NCBI RefSeq assembly: GCF_001194135.2
Contig: NC_068983.1
Span: 91,090,335-91,154,334, forward strand
Length of the DNA stretch: 64,000 nucleotides
From: Octopus bimaculoides
Lineage: Eukaryota
Direction of reading: 5' to 3'
Part shown: positions 37,996 through 50,230 of the stretch, piece by piece
Layout: each line of letters starts with the position of its first letter
Numbering within the stretch: position 1 is the first letter of the stretch
Program-made: the position numbers and the translations under genes
Notes under the pieces: generated by a model
The model's database searches: none
Told to the model about the DNA's origin: nothing
Seen by the model: the letters and a program-made list of their open reading frames with translations, nothing else

Positions 37996-38105
37996 ATCAG
38001 GTAGTTTAGACCAGTTGAAAGACTTCAATGGCTGAGAAGAAGCTGGAGTATTTTTTTTCCGAGTGGTGGTTGTAGAGCTTTCAACTGAAGGATTTCTCTT
38101 TGAGG
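37996..38105 (-). CDS. DAAM: DAAM-like formin exon, FH2 start: (A)SKRNPSVESSTTTTRKKNTPASSQPLKSFNWSKLPD
   Basis: Contains the FH2 lasso motif LKSFNWSKLP. TTTCAG acceptor, GTAAGT donor. 110 nt, phase 1 to 0. Confidence 0.93.
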
Positions 38106-38429
38106 CTGAAATGTAAGAACATTGTAACGAAATATTCTGTTAGTAGCTCACAATTTAAGTAGTTCTTGTATTGTTTTGTATGTATATTTTATTCAAACAT
38201 AGATCAACCATTTTCAAGGAAATATCTCCAGCACACCAAAGAAAACCTAATTTTTATGCTTTTTATAATGAAAGAAATCTTATTTTTATATTTTTGACAA
38301 AATTAATTTATTTATTTGCTGAACTTGGATAAAAGATTTTCACTAGAACATTATATACATAAATAAATACTCAATATACACATATCCCCAAAATGTTGAT
38401 GAACGTGGAATAAAAACAACCATGTTAAG

Positions 38430-40930
38430 CAGGCATATCAAACATGCGGCCCATTGCAAGCACACCTGTGGCCTGCACAGATGGCTGCGCCTTCCCACCG
38501 AGCGCATTGACATCATTGGATCTGGGTCTGATTACAGGCAGGAAGAAAGTTATACAATTACTTGGAGACCAAGAGCTGCAGAATTTCCCCATCAGAGAGT
38601 CAGCAATTGCCTAATCTACAGCTCCAGATGTGTCATACATCAAACGTTACAGATGTTTGCACATCGTGGAACGTACTTCTCAATGTTCATACAAGTTGAT
38701 TTTCCTTTCTTCTCTTCGTCATTCATTAAATTCTCATCTGGTGGACAGAGTTAAGAGAGCGTATTCAAGCCCTGCATTGCCTGTGTCCTGTGATTCCTGC
38801 TGCAGTATGTTGCATTTTCGGTGAGTAGATTTACAAATCTATTTTGTCTTTAAAATAGCTAGTGCTCTTCCAGCTAAGAGAAAAAGGAAACTGAACAAAG
38901 GGCGAGTGTTTCAAGAAAAATGGGAATTACAGTATTTTTGCACAATGGTGAATGGAAAGATACATTGCTTAATTTTCAACAACAGCATTGCCATACCAAA
39001 AGAGTACAACTTGAAACGAACCATCAATCTTATGGTAAATATGAAGGTCCAATGCATGTTTCAAGACTCACAGAATTGATGGCACAGCAACTGACCTGTT
39101 TTACGAAAAATCAGAAAGGGAATGTTGCTTTCCATTACTCAGCTGAATGATTACCATGAATAGGAAATCTTACAGTGAAGGAGATTTCGTAAAGCAATGC
39201 CTTGTAAAAACGGCTGAAATTGTGTGTCCAGAGAAAGCACACTTATTCAAAGATATTTCATTAACCAGGAACACTAGCTGAATGGATTGATGAAATGTCA
39301 GGTGATTTGAAACAACAGATGAAAGCTGCGTCTTCAAGATTTTAACATTTTTCTATTGCTATTGATGAGACTGTTGACATCACTGGAATAGCACAGCTTG
39401 CAGTCTTCATCAGGGCCTGTGACAATTTAATATTTATGAAGAATTGATTGAACTGATCCCAAAGCATGACACTACAACAAGCCAGGATATCTTTGAGTAA
39501 GTTGAACAGGTTCTGCATGACTAAGGTTTTGATTTGAGTAAACTTGCATACTTATCAACCAATGGTGCGGCAAATATGGTTGGCAGACATAATGGTGTTG
39601 CTACCAAGTTATGAACAAAAATAGACAATTTGCATCCGGCTTCATCATTTGCACATTTTCACTGCATTATTCATCAGCAAAATTTGTGCTTAAAGATTTT
39701 AAAATTGGGTCATGGGATTAGTTTGGTCATAAAGACAGTGAACTATATCAGAGGCTGTACTCCCAACCACTGTCAACTCAGCCAGTTGTTGAAAGAGATG
39801 GATAATCAATGTTCCATTCTATACAGAAATCCACTGGTTGTCATGGCACAAAGTATTGAAAAGATTTTATTTGTTGAGACAAGAAATAATTGTTTTTGGA
39901 GATGAAAGGTCAAAACACAGATGAAATAAAAGATGAGAGTTGGCTCCAGGATCTGGCTTTTGTCGTGGAGATTACTGCACAATTGACTGATCTCAATTTG
40001 AAATGACAAGGTAAAAACAAACTCATCACTCAGTTGTATGATGACATCAAGTGATTCATTACAAAATTAAGCTTATGGAAGTCACAGTTGAAAATTTAGT
40101 TAATTTTCATAAGTGCAAAGAGCCGAAAAATAGTGCTAATACTGAATTTGTACTTAGCTTTGCCATATGACAGTTACCTGAAATTGTTCTCAAAGGAATT
40201 TCAGGAAAAATTTTGTGATTTCTCATCTTTTGAACATCCATTTGCATTATTCTCAGCACCATTAACCTTTGATGTTGCTAAGGCAGAAGAAAGCCTGCAG
40301 ATGGAACTATTAGAAATGCAGTCAGATTCTTCACTCAGAGCAAAGTATTTTGAAGTGGAGATAACTGGTTTCTTTTCATTCCTTCTTGAAAACTTTAAAA
40401 ACTTCAGAAAGTTTACCACAAGGATTACAGCAATGTTTGGTTCTACCTGTGTGTGTGAACATTATTTTCCTTCATGAAATCAACAAAAATTCAGCAAATA
40501 AGGCTGACTGATCAACACTTGTCATCTCTCATCAAACTTAGAACTGCACAGACATTTCAGCCAGACATACCAAAAATTGTCAGCAAAAAGTGGTGTCAAG
40601 CCTCAGGACAAAACACTAAAAATGCTTGAATAATCCTAAATAAAAGTTCATTTTCAACTATTGTAATGTTTGTACAATGCATTTGTTATTGTTGCATTCA
40701 TATCTATGTTGCTGTTTAAAATTTCATTTTTTTCTTTTGTTAAACAATTTCATTAATTTGCGTTCTTGAATGTGGCAAAACCATAATATATTTCTAAGTT
40801 TATGTAAGAAAAATATTCTGCAATAATTTTTATTAAATGACTTCAGCTAGAATTGAAGCAAGTATGGCCCTCATGACAACACAAATGTGATCCATATGGC
40901 CCTTGGGGGACCCTCAGTTGGACCTGCCTG
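38430..40930 (+). mobile_element. hAT transposon (SPIN/GTF2IRD2-like), full extent, decayed transposase
   Basis: TIRs CAGGCATATCAAAC / GTTGGACCTGCCTG (11 of 14 match). Flanks ATGTTAAG / ATGTAGAG (6 of 8). Motifs GRVFQEKWE, SIAIDETVDITGIAQLAVFIR, HCIIHQQNL and MFGSTCVCE. Confidence 0.9.
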
Positions 40931-41379
40931 ATGTAGAGATAAAACTACTATAAAGATATACCACTAAACTATTTCTTGGCCAGACAGGGAAAATACAAGT
41001 GCTTAGTCATTATTTTTGTGTGTGTGGAGAGAGAGAGAGAGATAGAGAGAATGTGTGTGTGCGTGCATGCTCACTCTCAATGTAATTGCACTGTCCAACC
41101 AGTTTTGGCAGGAGTTGGTTGGATACTGAAATAAGTTTTCAACAACCTTTGAGAGAAAATGACAACAACCTATATCTGTACAGAAATGTAGTTTCAGGAC
41201 TCTGGTAATAATAGTTTTAATCAAATTTTCATTTGTAGCTGCAATTAGATGATTATATGTTCTTTATTTCCATTTAGTATGGCACTACACACTGCTTTGT
41301 CTTTGGACAGTTCAGCAGCATGTGTATTTTAGAGAAAGGAATGTTGTGAATGGTCTGCTATGGACTGCAACTCTGGGGA

Positions 41380-41429
<50 letters not shown>

Positions 41430-41525
41430 GAGAGNNNNNNNNNNNNNNNNNNNNNNNNNNNNNNNNNNNNNNNNNNNNNNNNNNNNNNNNNNNNNNNNNN
41501 NNNNNNNNNNNNNNNNNNNNNNNNN

Positions 41526-41578
<53 letters not shown>

Positions 41579-41959
41579 AGTGAACCACCTTTATTTAGTC
41601 ATTTTAAAGTAAGTAAAGAACACTCTAATCAAAAGGAAAAATTTTAATCCCTATATTCATCATTTAACATTCTGTTATGTGTGTTATTAACATCAACATA
41701 CGCATTTGAAATTTTTTGCCTTTTAACCAAAACTTTCTTTGAAAAATGGCTGCTAATAATTTTTTTAGTCATAACTTATTCACTGATTTAATTGATGATT
41801 AAATAGATAAGGCTGTTGGCTTCAGAGATGATTACCAGAATGATATATTGACTTCTTCAGCACATATGAGTAAATTTGTCTGGTTTTGATTTGTCCAATT
41901 TTTCAAATGATTCAGAAACAATATTACTGGCAGGATGTTCAGATGTTTTTAATCATTAA

Positions 41960-42800
41960 ATTCAACCCTTCGGTTCTTAACCCAAAAACAACTTTAGGAT
42001 TTGATATGTAGCCTGCTGAATATTTTTTGGCCAACTTTTCCCACTGAGTTTCATTAGTTCAATCATCCAACAAATTTTTGATAACAAAAAGAAGCATCAA
42101 CTTTATTCCTACATGATTTGATGAAATTCATGTATATCTAGGTATGTTGTTTCTGATGGGAGTAAGAAACCCACAATAAATGAAATATTATCCAGGAATA
42201 GATATGAGCAACTTAATTTTTTTTCCACATGAACAACTGTACACAAAACCAAACACATACCTGTTCTGCTCATAACATTTAAAATCATGCCAAGGAACTA
42301 TTTCTTCCCATTGTGAATCCTACAAGCCTCTATGATAAAATACAGAGGTAATATATTTCTTCTAAACCAATTACAGGAAGGATAAAAGCATGAATCCTTA
42401 CCAACTCTGATCTCTTTTAGATACTTCATTCACTAACAAAACATAGGTGTCATACCTGCCATTCAATCAGCATAATCTTACTGCTAGCATGAAAACATGT
42501 AAACTGCAAGTCTCAGGTATTACCAATCCAAGAAAAGTGAGATGAGCACCTAACCAGTTTTACACCAAACCTATCACCATCAAAGAATATGTTGAAAACT
42601 TTATTGAGGTAGATGAAAATGATCAACTCTGATCCTATTTTAGAATCAGAAAGTTTAAAAAAGTGGTGCAAATATATGTTTTGGTTTATTTTGGATGTGG
42701 TGATGGTAAATGCACAAATTTTGTACCCAGATACCCCAGAAAGGACACACTAAAAGCCCATCTCATACCTGCAGTTTTACATAGCAATAGCTGAAGAATT
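41960..42800 (+). mobile_element. piggyBac (PGBD-like) transposase remnant
   Basis: EIHVYLGMLFLMG and KPITIKEY...VDENDQL*SYF..RKFKK resemble PGBD N- and C-terminal motifs. Heavily decayed. Confidence 0.55.
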
Positions 42801-42889
42801 AATAAATAGTTACCTTCTTTATCATTTCATCATTATTTAACATACACATACTCACGAGCACACACATATACACATGCATGCATACGTAT

Positions 42890-42952
42890 TGAAATCAGAC
42901 ATATACATACATGTATATACCTAGACATATAAACATACACACACACACACAC

Positions 42953-43006
<54 letters not shown>

Positions 43007-43032
43007 TATATATATACACACATACACATATA

Positions 43033-43068
<36 letters not shown>
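42890..43068. repeat. (CA)n/(TA)n compound microsatellite
   Basis: Seen directly. Confidence 0.95.
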
Positions 43069-43074
<6 letters not shown>

Positions 43075-43079
43075 TTGGT

Positions 43080-43520
43080 AAATAGCCCTGCTCAATATGT
43101 AGAAAGGGTGTAGGCAGAAATTCTAGTTAGTGTAGCTAATGCAAGTTATGGACACACAAGGGGTGCAGTGGAATAGTAGTAAGGTTAACAGAGAAAATAT
43201 TTGTATGTGGAAGATGTATGGGAGCCATAAAGACCACAGACACACAAGAAACTGATTTCCTTAAATGTCCTGGTAGCTCCCTGGAAGTAATAGATTTTTA
43301 CTACCTAGGTGACCTAATGAGCAGTGGAGGAGGACATACTGAGAGTGTAAATGCTAGTTCAGAGAGCTTTTACCCCTGTTGGAAACTACAGGTCTCTCTC
43401 TCTCCAAGTAAAGGGAAAATGGTATGATGCATGTGTATGAACTGTGATGCTGCACAATAGAGAGACATGGGCTTTGAATGTGGAGGACATGTGAAGGCTG
43501 GAGAGCAATGAAAATTTCTG
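43080..43520 (+). mobile_element. RTE RT C-terminal fragment
   Basis: SLEVIDFYYLGDLMSSGGG, homologous to the copy at 8042-8800. Confidence 0.75.
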
Positions 43521-43808
43521 TAAGCAAACACCTAAATCAATGCCTCGTAAACATAAACCCGAAATACCAAATCTTTCCTCTCTATAAATGCACCAGAAAC
43601 ACTTCAACCCAATTCCGTTTAAATAAGGGAAGCATACACATTAAAAAATATAAACCACAGCTGAATATTCTTTAGAAAGAAGAAAAAACACTAAAGAGGA
43701 AAAGGAAAAAAGACTCAATTTTCCCACAAGCAGGAACAACAGACAATTTTAAAAACTTTAGTAACAGTTTTCTACCCGGTTTTCAAAACCACAACTCCAA
43801 ATCACCAT

Positions 43809-43954
43809 ACAAACACCAGTTGCAGACATCACCCATCTCTAGACCAATGAAATTTTACAAACACCAGTTGCTGATGTCATCTAACTCTAGACCAATGAAA
43901 TTTTACAAACACCAGTTGCTGATGTCATCTAACTCTAGACCAATGAAATTTTAC
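43809..43954 (+). repeat. 3 x 48-bp tandem repeat
   Basis: Units start at 43809, 43857 and 43905. Units 2 and 3 are essentially identical; unit 1 is diverged. Confidence 0.95.
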
Positions 43955-44879
43955 CTCCAATCAAAACTGAACTTCAGCAAATACAACAAAATGACCCTTG
44001 ATGAGGATCAACCAACCAGGCAGAATGATAAACTTGACCGCCAGAAAAACAAGGTGTCACTAGTACTTTGACAAATCAAAAAAATCAGATCTGCTCACGG
44101 AAAAAAATTATGAATACACCAGATTCCAAAATACACTGTTACAAGTGAAAGTTCGTCCACATGACGGAAAGGGAATCGAAGAAATTGTAAACCAAATCCC
44201 TTTTTTTTACTATCTTCATTTCTCCCTCTTAACTCAGTATGACTGAAACTTTGATGATATTTATTTCTTGTTGATCACTACTAACACTAATGGACATTGT
44301 ACATTTAAACAAGTTGATGTACAGTTTTTATATAATTGACTGTTATGAACATTTAAACTTGTCAGCACTGAAACTTTTAAGCATCTGTTTCTAATTCATA
44401 ATTCTAAATTTTTACCATTGATAAACAAAAAATATTGTCAAAACTAGTTTGTTATATGTCAATAAATTTATTTTAAACAATTACAAGTTTTTCAAATTGA
44501 AGTGCATTTTCAACAAATTTGCCTATATTTTTTCCTGTTATATATATATATTCATGCTTTCCATAATTGTGTGCAGGTGTGACAAATATATGCTAGTGTA
44601 GTTGCAACAATGTTGTTTATGGGGGGGGGGGTTGAACTAAGGTTTGGAGTAGGGTAAGGGAAGAGGGAAGGAGTATACATACATTGATGTGTGTGTGTAT
44701 GTATGCATGGGTATGTTTGTTTGCATGCACATACCCCATTTATGGAGGTGAATGTGGAAGGTTGCAGGGGATGCATATGGTTGTGGGGTTAGTCTGCACA
44801 GATATTGATAGTTAGGAATCCTGTTCTTGGTAGTGGGGCAGCCAATGTTAAGGTGGTGTGTTCGGGTTGTTGGCAGCCA

Positions 44880-45845
44880 GTGGTTTGAAGTTCACCAAGA
44901 GGGCACACCTCTGATGGCAGCAAGATAGTTTGTATTTCCTGTTAATAGATATTGCAAGTTGGTGGAGAATGTGCAGTCCTTCATGGAGGCTGAGCTAGCA
45001 ACTGTGGGTGCTGAGTGAGTAGGATGGAGCCCTGTCAATAACAGTCCAATTGATGTTGGGTATTTCATTCTGGAGGTCACAGAGTTTCCAGAGGTAATGA
45101 GACAAAGAAGTGGAATTCTTTCTATTCCTGCACCTAAGCGAGTGCATATGCAGTATGTACCTTTCCTTGAAATCAATAGCCATCATGCATGTGTAGTACC
45201 TTGTGATGCTATTGGATGTTGTAAGGGTGACTCTGTAGACTACAGCCCTTGAGAGGCAGGATTCTCTTAGAGGGCGGCTTGTAGGTTTTTGAAGTTGGAG
45301 TTTGTGCAGGTGCATATTTGCATCTGCTGTAGCATGCAATGTTAGAAGCAATATCATCTAAGCAGGAGGAGATAACCTTAATGTTATATGAGTTGACAAG
45401 CTTATAGTACTATAAGATTTTCAACCCACATACTGTGTGGGTTTGAATATGCTTCAAGCATATTTGCACTGGTAACACATCTGTATGTGTACACATTGCT
45501 GCTTAACACTGTTACTCTGTAGTTTATGTATGACAAATTGCTGAATAGTATGACCAGTCACTGAATGATGATGGGAATATCATAAGAGAAACCTCTCTCT
45601 CATGTCAGTTCACAGTGTCTGCTTTCCTGGTCTCCATTGCTTAAGAGGAGATAACCACTCCAAAATATATACATCCAACAATCTGGTTAGGGAATGCTGT
45701 GAACTGACATAGTATGCTTACATCTATCTGTCTACAACAAGAAATATTCTCCATGATAAAATATAGTGAATGGCTTCAAATATGCCTCAGGTATATTTGA
45801 ACTGGTAACAAGTTTGTATTTCACTGCTTAACATTGTTACCCCAT
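44880..45845 (-). mobile_element. Penelope-like GIY-YIG fragment plus tandemly repeated pseudo-LTR-like segments
   Basis: VVYRVTL, RCRNRKNSTSLSHYLWKL and NINWTVIDRAPSY. Related segments at about 45360-45520 and 45640-45845. Confidence 0.75.
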
Positions 45846-45894
45846 GTGTATATGTATCTATCTATTTATCTACCTACCTACCTATATCATCCTC

Positions 45895-46440
45895 ATCATT
45901 TAACGTCCACTTTCCATGCTGGCATGGGTTGGATGATTTGACTGAGAACTGGCAAACCAGATGGCTACACCAGACTCCAATCTGATCTGGCAGAGTTTCT
46001 ACAGCTGGATGCCCTTCCTAATGCCAACCACTCCAAGAGTGTAGTGGGTGCTTTTTATGTGCCATCGGTATGAGGGCCAGTCTTATGGTACTGGCAACAG
46101 CCACACTCAAATGGTGTTTTTTTACGTGCTACCTGGCCAGGAGTCAGTCCAATGTTTTGTTCACATTCCACTGGCACAAGTGCTAGTAAGGTGAAGCTGG
46201 AAACGATCGTGCTCAAATGGTGCTTTTTACGTGCCACCGGCACGGAAGTGAGACCGCTGCTCTGGCAGTGATCCCGCTCGGACAGTGTTGTCAGCGCTCC
46301 ACTGGCGTGGGTGCCAGTCATTGAATTTGGTTCAGTTTCGATCAATCTCACTTGTCCCAACAGGTCTTCGCAAGCTCAGTTTAGTGTCCAATGAAGGAAG
46401 GTTGGCATGGGTGCCAGTCAAGGAATTTGGTTCAATTTCA
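45895..46440 (-). mobile_element. RTE 3' UTR fragment
   Basis: Same orientation and sequence family as 7148-7700. Confidence 0.88.
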
Positions 46441-46447
46441 ATGCATA

Positions 46448-46939
46448 GCATTTTAATCCTTGTCAGCGACTCTTAATGCCTACAATTGAATTCAACTACC
46501 TCTGTCAATATTATAAGAAAAACTGTTGAAAACCTGTGCTGATTTTCAAAGTGGCAAAACTGTAAACAACAAATTAAATGGGTGGCTTATTAGCAATTTG
46601 AACCTAAAGGCAAAATTAACAGACACTTTTACCACTTTCAAAACCAGGACTTACCTCCTTTTGTCAGTCATTAAGTACGGTGTTTTGTGGCTTTTGAATT
46701 ATTTTAATTCTAGTTTCTAGCAATAGCTCGTGTTGGTCAGTATCCTCTGTCACTTTTGTGACCTGTGTTAATTTTGCCTTTAGGTTCAAATTGCTAATAA
46801 GCCACCCATTTAATTTGATGTTTACACTTTTACCGCTTTGAAAATCAGCACAGGTTTTCAATGGTCTTTCTTATAAGATCGACAGAGGTAGCTGAGTTTA
46901 ACCCTATGCATTAAGAGTCGTTGACGAGGATTAAGATAC
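46448..46939. mobile_element. Foldback MITE with about 175-bp TIRs and TA duplication
   Basis: 46448-46622 is the inverted copy of 46766-46939; opposite-strand ORFs both start MKTCADFQSGK. Flanks are ATGCA-TA and TA-TGCAT. Confidence 0.88.
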
Positions 46940-47773
46940 TATGCATCAAAGTCCAAAATTGTTCGATCCACCTATATCTATAATATAAATTGAAGTTGGC
47001 CGACCATTGTATTCTTTCTTGTCTTGAGGTTCACGGCCAAACGGCTGGGTGGATTCGCGTGAAAAATGGTACACATGTAGAGACGGGTGCATAGATTGGA
47101 ATGCACTTTCTATTTTTTTCCTAGCCCCCATACTTACAGAGAAAATCGATTAAAACAACCTGTGTGCATGCATGTATGTGAGTGTGTGTCACTGAAGCCA
47201 TTCATACATATATACATAATAAACTGAATGATAAATTTCATTTATCTCACTCACTTTCTCTCTCTCTCTCATATACACATACACCATACTCTCTCTGTCG
47301 CGCACACCCGATCAAACATACACACTCACATACACACACACACACACACACAGACATACGCACGCACATCAATTCTCCCCTCTCATCACAACTTCAAAAG
47401 ATCACCTTTCCTTTCACTTGGCCGGCTATTGATCCGTATACCATTTCGCTAGCAACAAGGGAAGTACAGGATGACAGTCAGCCAAAGCTTTCGCTATGCT
47501 GTCTCTCTTCTTTCACCTCTTTGTGGGGTTAATAATCTTAATCTATACTTACAGTTTCTCTTTCAAACTACATAATAGGCAGAATTATCAGATTAAGACA
47601 GTAGGGTGTTTTGAGGGAGATTTGGCTGCTATTTCTGTCAGGTCTAGCTACCACGTAGAGGTCTGAACTTAATTTTCATTCACATATTTGCATTTAAAAA
47701 TTTTAACAATCTTTTCCATAAATCAAACTATTGTAAACACATACACATGCGCATGCACGCACACACGCACGCA

Positions 47774-47805
<32 letters not shown>

Positions 47806-48499
47806 CAAACACACACACATCCATTCCATATATCTTCTTTCAATTTCTACTCTCTGCAAATAAAATTTTTACGGATACAACTGCTTACAAAAATAGGGAT
47901 TAATGTATAATTTCTTTTTATGTTCATAATTAAATCAATGATTAGACAGAGGGCCAATAGAATAGGTCTCAGAAACAGACTATGTACAAATTCGTTCTTC
48001 ACAACTCCTGAAGNNNNNNNNNNNNNNNNNNNNNNNNNNNNNNNNNNNNNNNNNNNNNNNNNNNNNNNNNNNNNNNNNNNNNNNNNNNNNNNNNNNNNNN
48101 NNNNNNNNNNNNNNNNNNNNNNNNNNNNNNNNNNNNNNNNNNNNNNNNNNNNNNNNNNNNNNNNNNNNNNNNNNNNNNNNNNNNNNNNNNNNNNNNNNNN
48201 NNNNNNNNNNNNNNNNNNNNNNNNNNNNNNNNNNNNNNNNNNNNNNNNNNNNNNNNNNNNNNNNNNNNNNNNNNNNNNNNNNNNNNNNNNNNNNNNNNNN
48301 NNNNNNNNNNNNNNNNNNNNNNNNNNNNNNNNNNNNNNNNNNNNNNNNNNNTATATATATATACATGTTTATATATTCGTTCTGCAAATATTCTTGATGT
48401 GAAATCGTGTGTTGAAACAGACATTGTTGTATTTGGGGATGGTCATGTTGCCAGTTTAGCCAATAAAAACACACACACTATATATTTTAGAAGAAATCC

Positions 48500-50230
48500 C
48501 TGGTATAGAAGCTAAACCTGGAATTGAGGGGCCTTAATGGTTAACCTGGCAAAGACCAAGGTTAATCAAGTTGGAAAGAAGACAGGACCCTGGTACCTTC
48601 AGGAAAATGGCTTTGCTCAATATGCAGAAAAGGAGCAGTTATCAACTCTATATACTGTACTAGATGTAAGCTATGGATACACAAGAGATATAGTGGAATC
48701 AGTGACAGGCAATCTGAAAATGTAAGTTTCATATGCAGTAGATATACTGGAGCAGTTTATACAAGCACACTGGAAACTGAGTCTCTTGGAAGTTCAGATA
48801 GCTCACTAGAAGTAGTTGATAACTTTTGTTACCTAGATGTAGGACTATAATGAATAGGAAAAGACCAATTAGCTGCTCTGAAAAAAAATAGTACTGAGAT
48901 TGAAAACTGGTTGAAGAAAGTTCAGGGAGCTACTATCTCTTTTATGATGTGCCATGTGAATGTATGTGAAAACATTAGCACAAAGGTGTTAAGTGAAAAA
49001 GAGGAATCAGATGTTGTGTTCAAGAAAGAAGACTGAAATGGTATGATCGTGTGATGTGTATGAATGAGGATAGATGTGTAAAGAAGTGCTGTTCACTTAA
49101 TGTGGCTGAAGGAAGTGGTAAAAGCTGATCTCAGGACTTTGAGCATAACAGATGAGATGATAAAGAACTGGGATCTCTTGTGGAAAAAGACTTATCCTCC
49201 ACAGCAACACGGAGTTCTGGAAGTGCTATATTTTGGGTTCTCTACCCATTGCAGTGACTTGCTACCCTCATGCACTATGTATATCTGTTTCTCCTCCCTT
49301 TCTCTTGTCTTTCTCCCACCAGCAACTGTATCAGCTGTATTACTCTGGCTAATTGCTGCCCCCACTCTTCTGCATCTCCAGCTCATAACTCTTGTTTCAT
49401 CCTCCCTTCAACCCTACCCATTTTGACAGTCTTACAAATCATCTACTTCTACTCGGTTTGCGTCTTCTGAGGTAATCTTGACACCTTATTACCATTATTT
49501 ATGTCTTGAAGTTCCTAATTAATTTTGTCTTCCTCCCATTGTTTTTTTCCATATTAGGTGTGAGTAGTCATGCAGATCACTCTGCAGGAACTTGCTCTGA
49601 ACCCCACTCTCAGAGACAGTAGACAGTTTCCGCTACTTATGTGACCAAGTTAGTAGTGGGGGTGGTTGTTCCAAAAGCATAGCTGCTAGAATAAGAATAA
49701 GCTGGGCAAAGTTCACAGAGCTACTACCTCTGTTAGTAATGAAGGGCCTCTCCTTCAGAGTGAAAGACAGATTGTATGACACCTGTGTACGAACAGCTAT
49801 GTTACATACAGTAAGACATAGTCTGTGACTACTGAGGATATGCAAAGGCTTGAAAGAAACGAAGCCAGTATGCTCTGATGGATGAGTAATGTCAGTGTGC
49901 ATATACGACAGAGTGTAAGTGATTTGAGAGAAAAATTGGGTATAAGAGGCATCAAATGTAGTGTGCAAGAGAGAAGACTGCATTGGTATGGTCATGTAAT
50001 ACATTGGAATGAAGACAGTTGCATCAAGAGGTACTAATCTCTAATTGTAGAGAGAGCATGTGGAAGGGGTAGACCCAGGAAGACATGGGATGAAGTGGTG
50101 AGAAAGGATATACAGATGTTGGGATTCACAGAGGGGACTCTGTGAGTCCCAATGTCTGTAGATCCTTTCTACAGGGGACCAAGACTCCTTGCAATTTGCT
50201 GTGCTTGAAAAGAATGCCAAGCTAAGTAAA
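48500..50230 (+). mobile_element. Decayed RTE fragments (about 48500-49200 and 49620-50230)
   Basis: VNLAKTKV, remnants of the Cys-rich finger, and IRISWAKFTELLPLL..GLSFRVK. Confidence 0.8.

Noticed and set aside
43809-43954. Regular repeats as a possible CRISPR array
   Set aside because: They are head-to-tail units with no unique spacers and no cas genes, in eukaryotic DNA.
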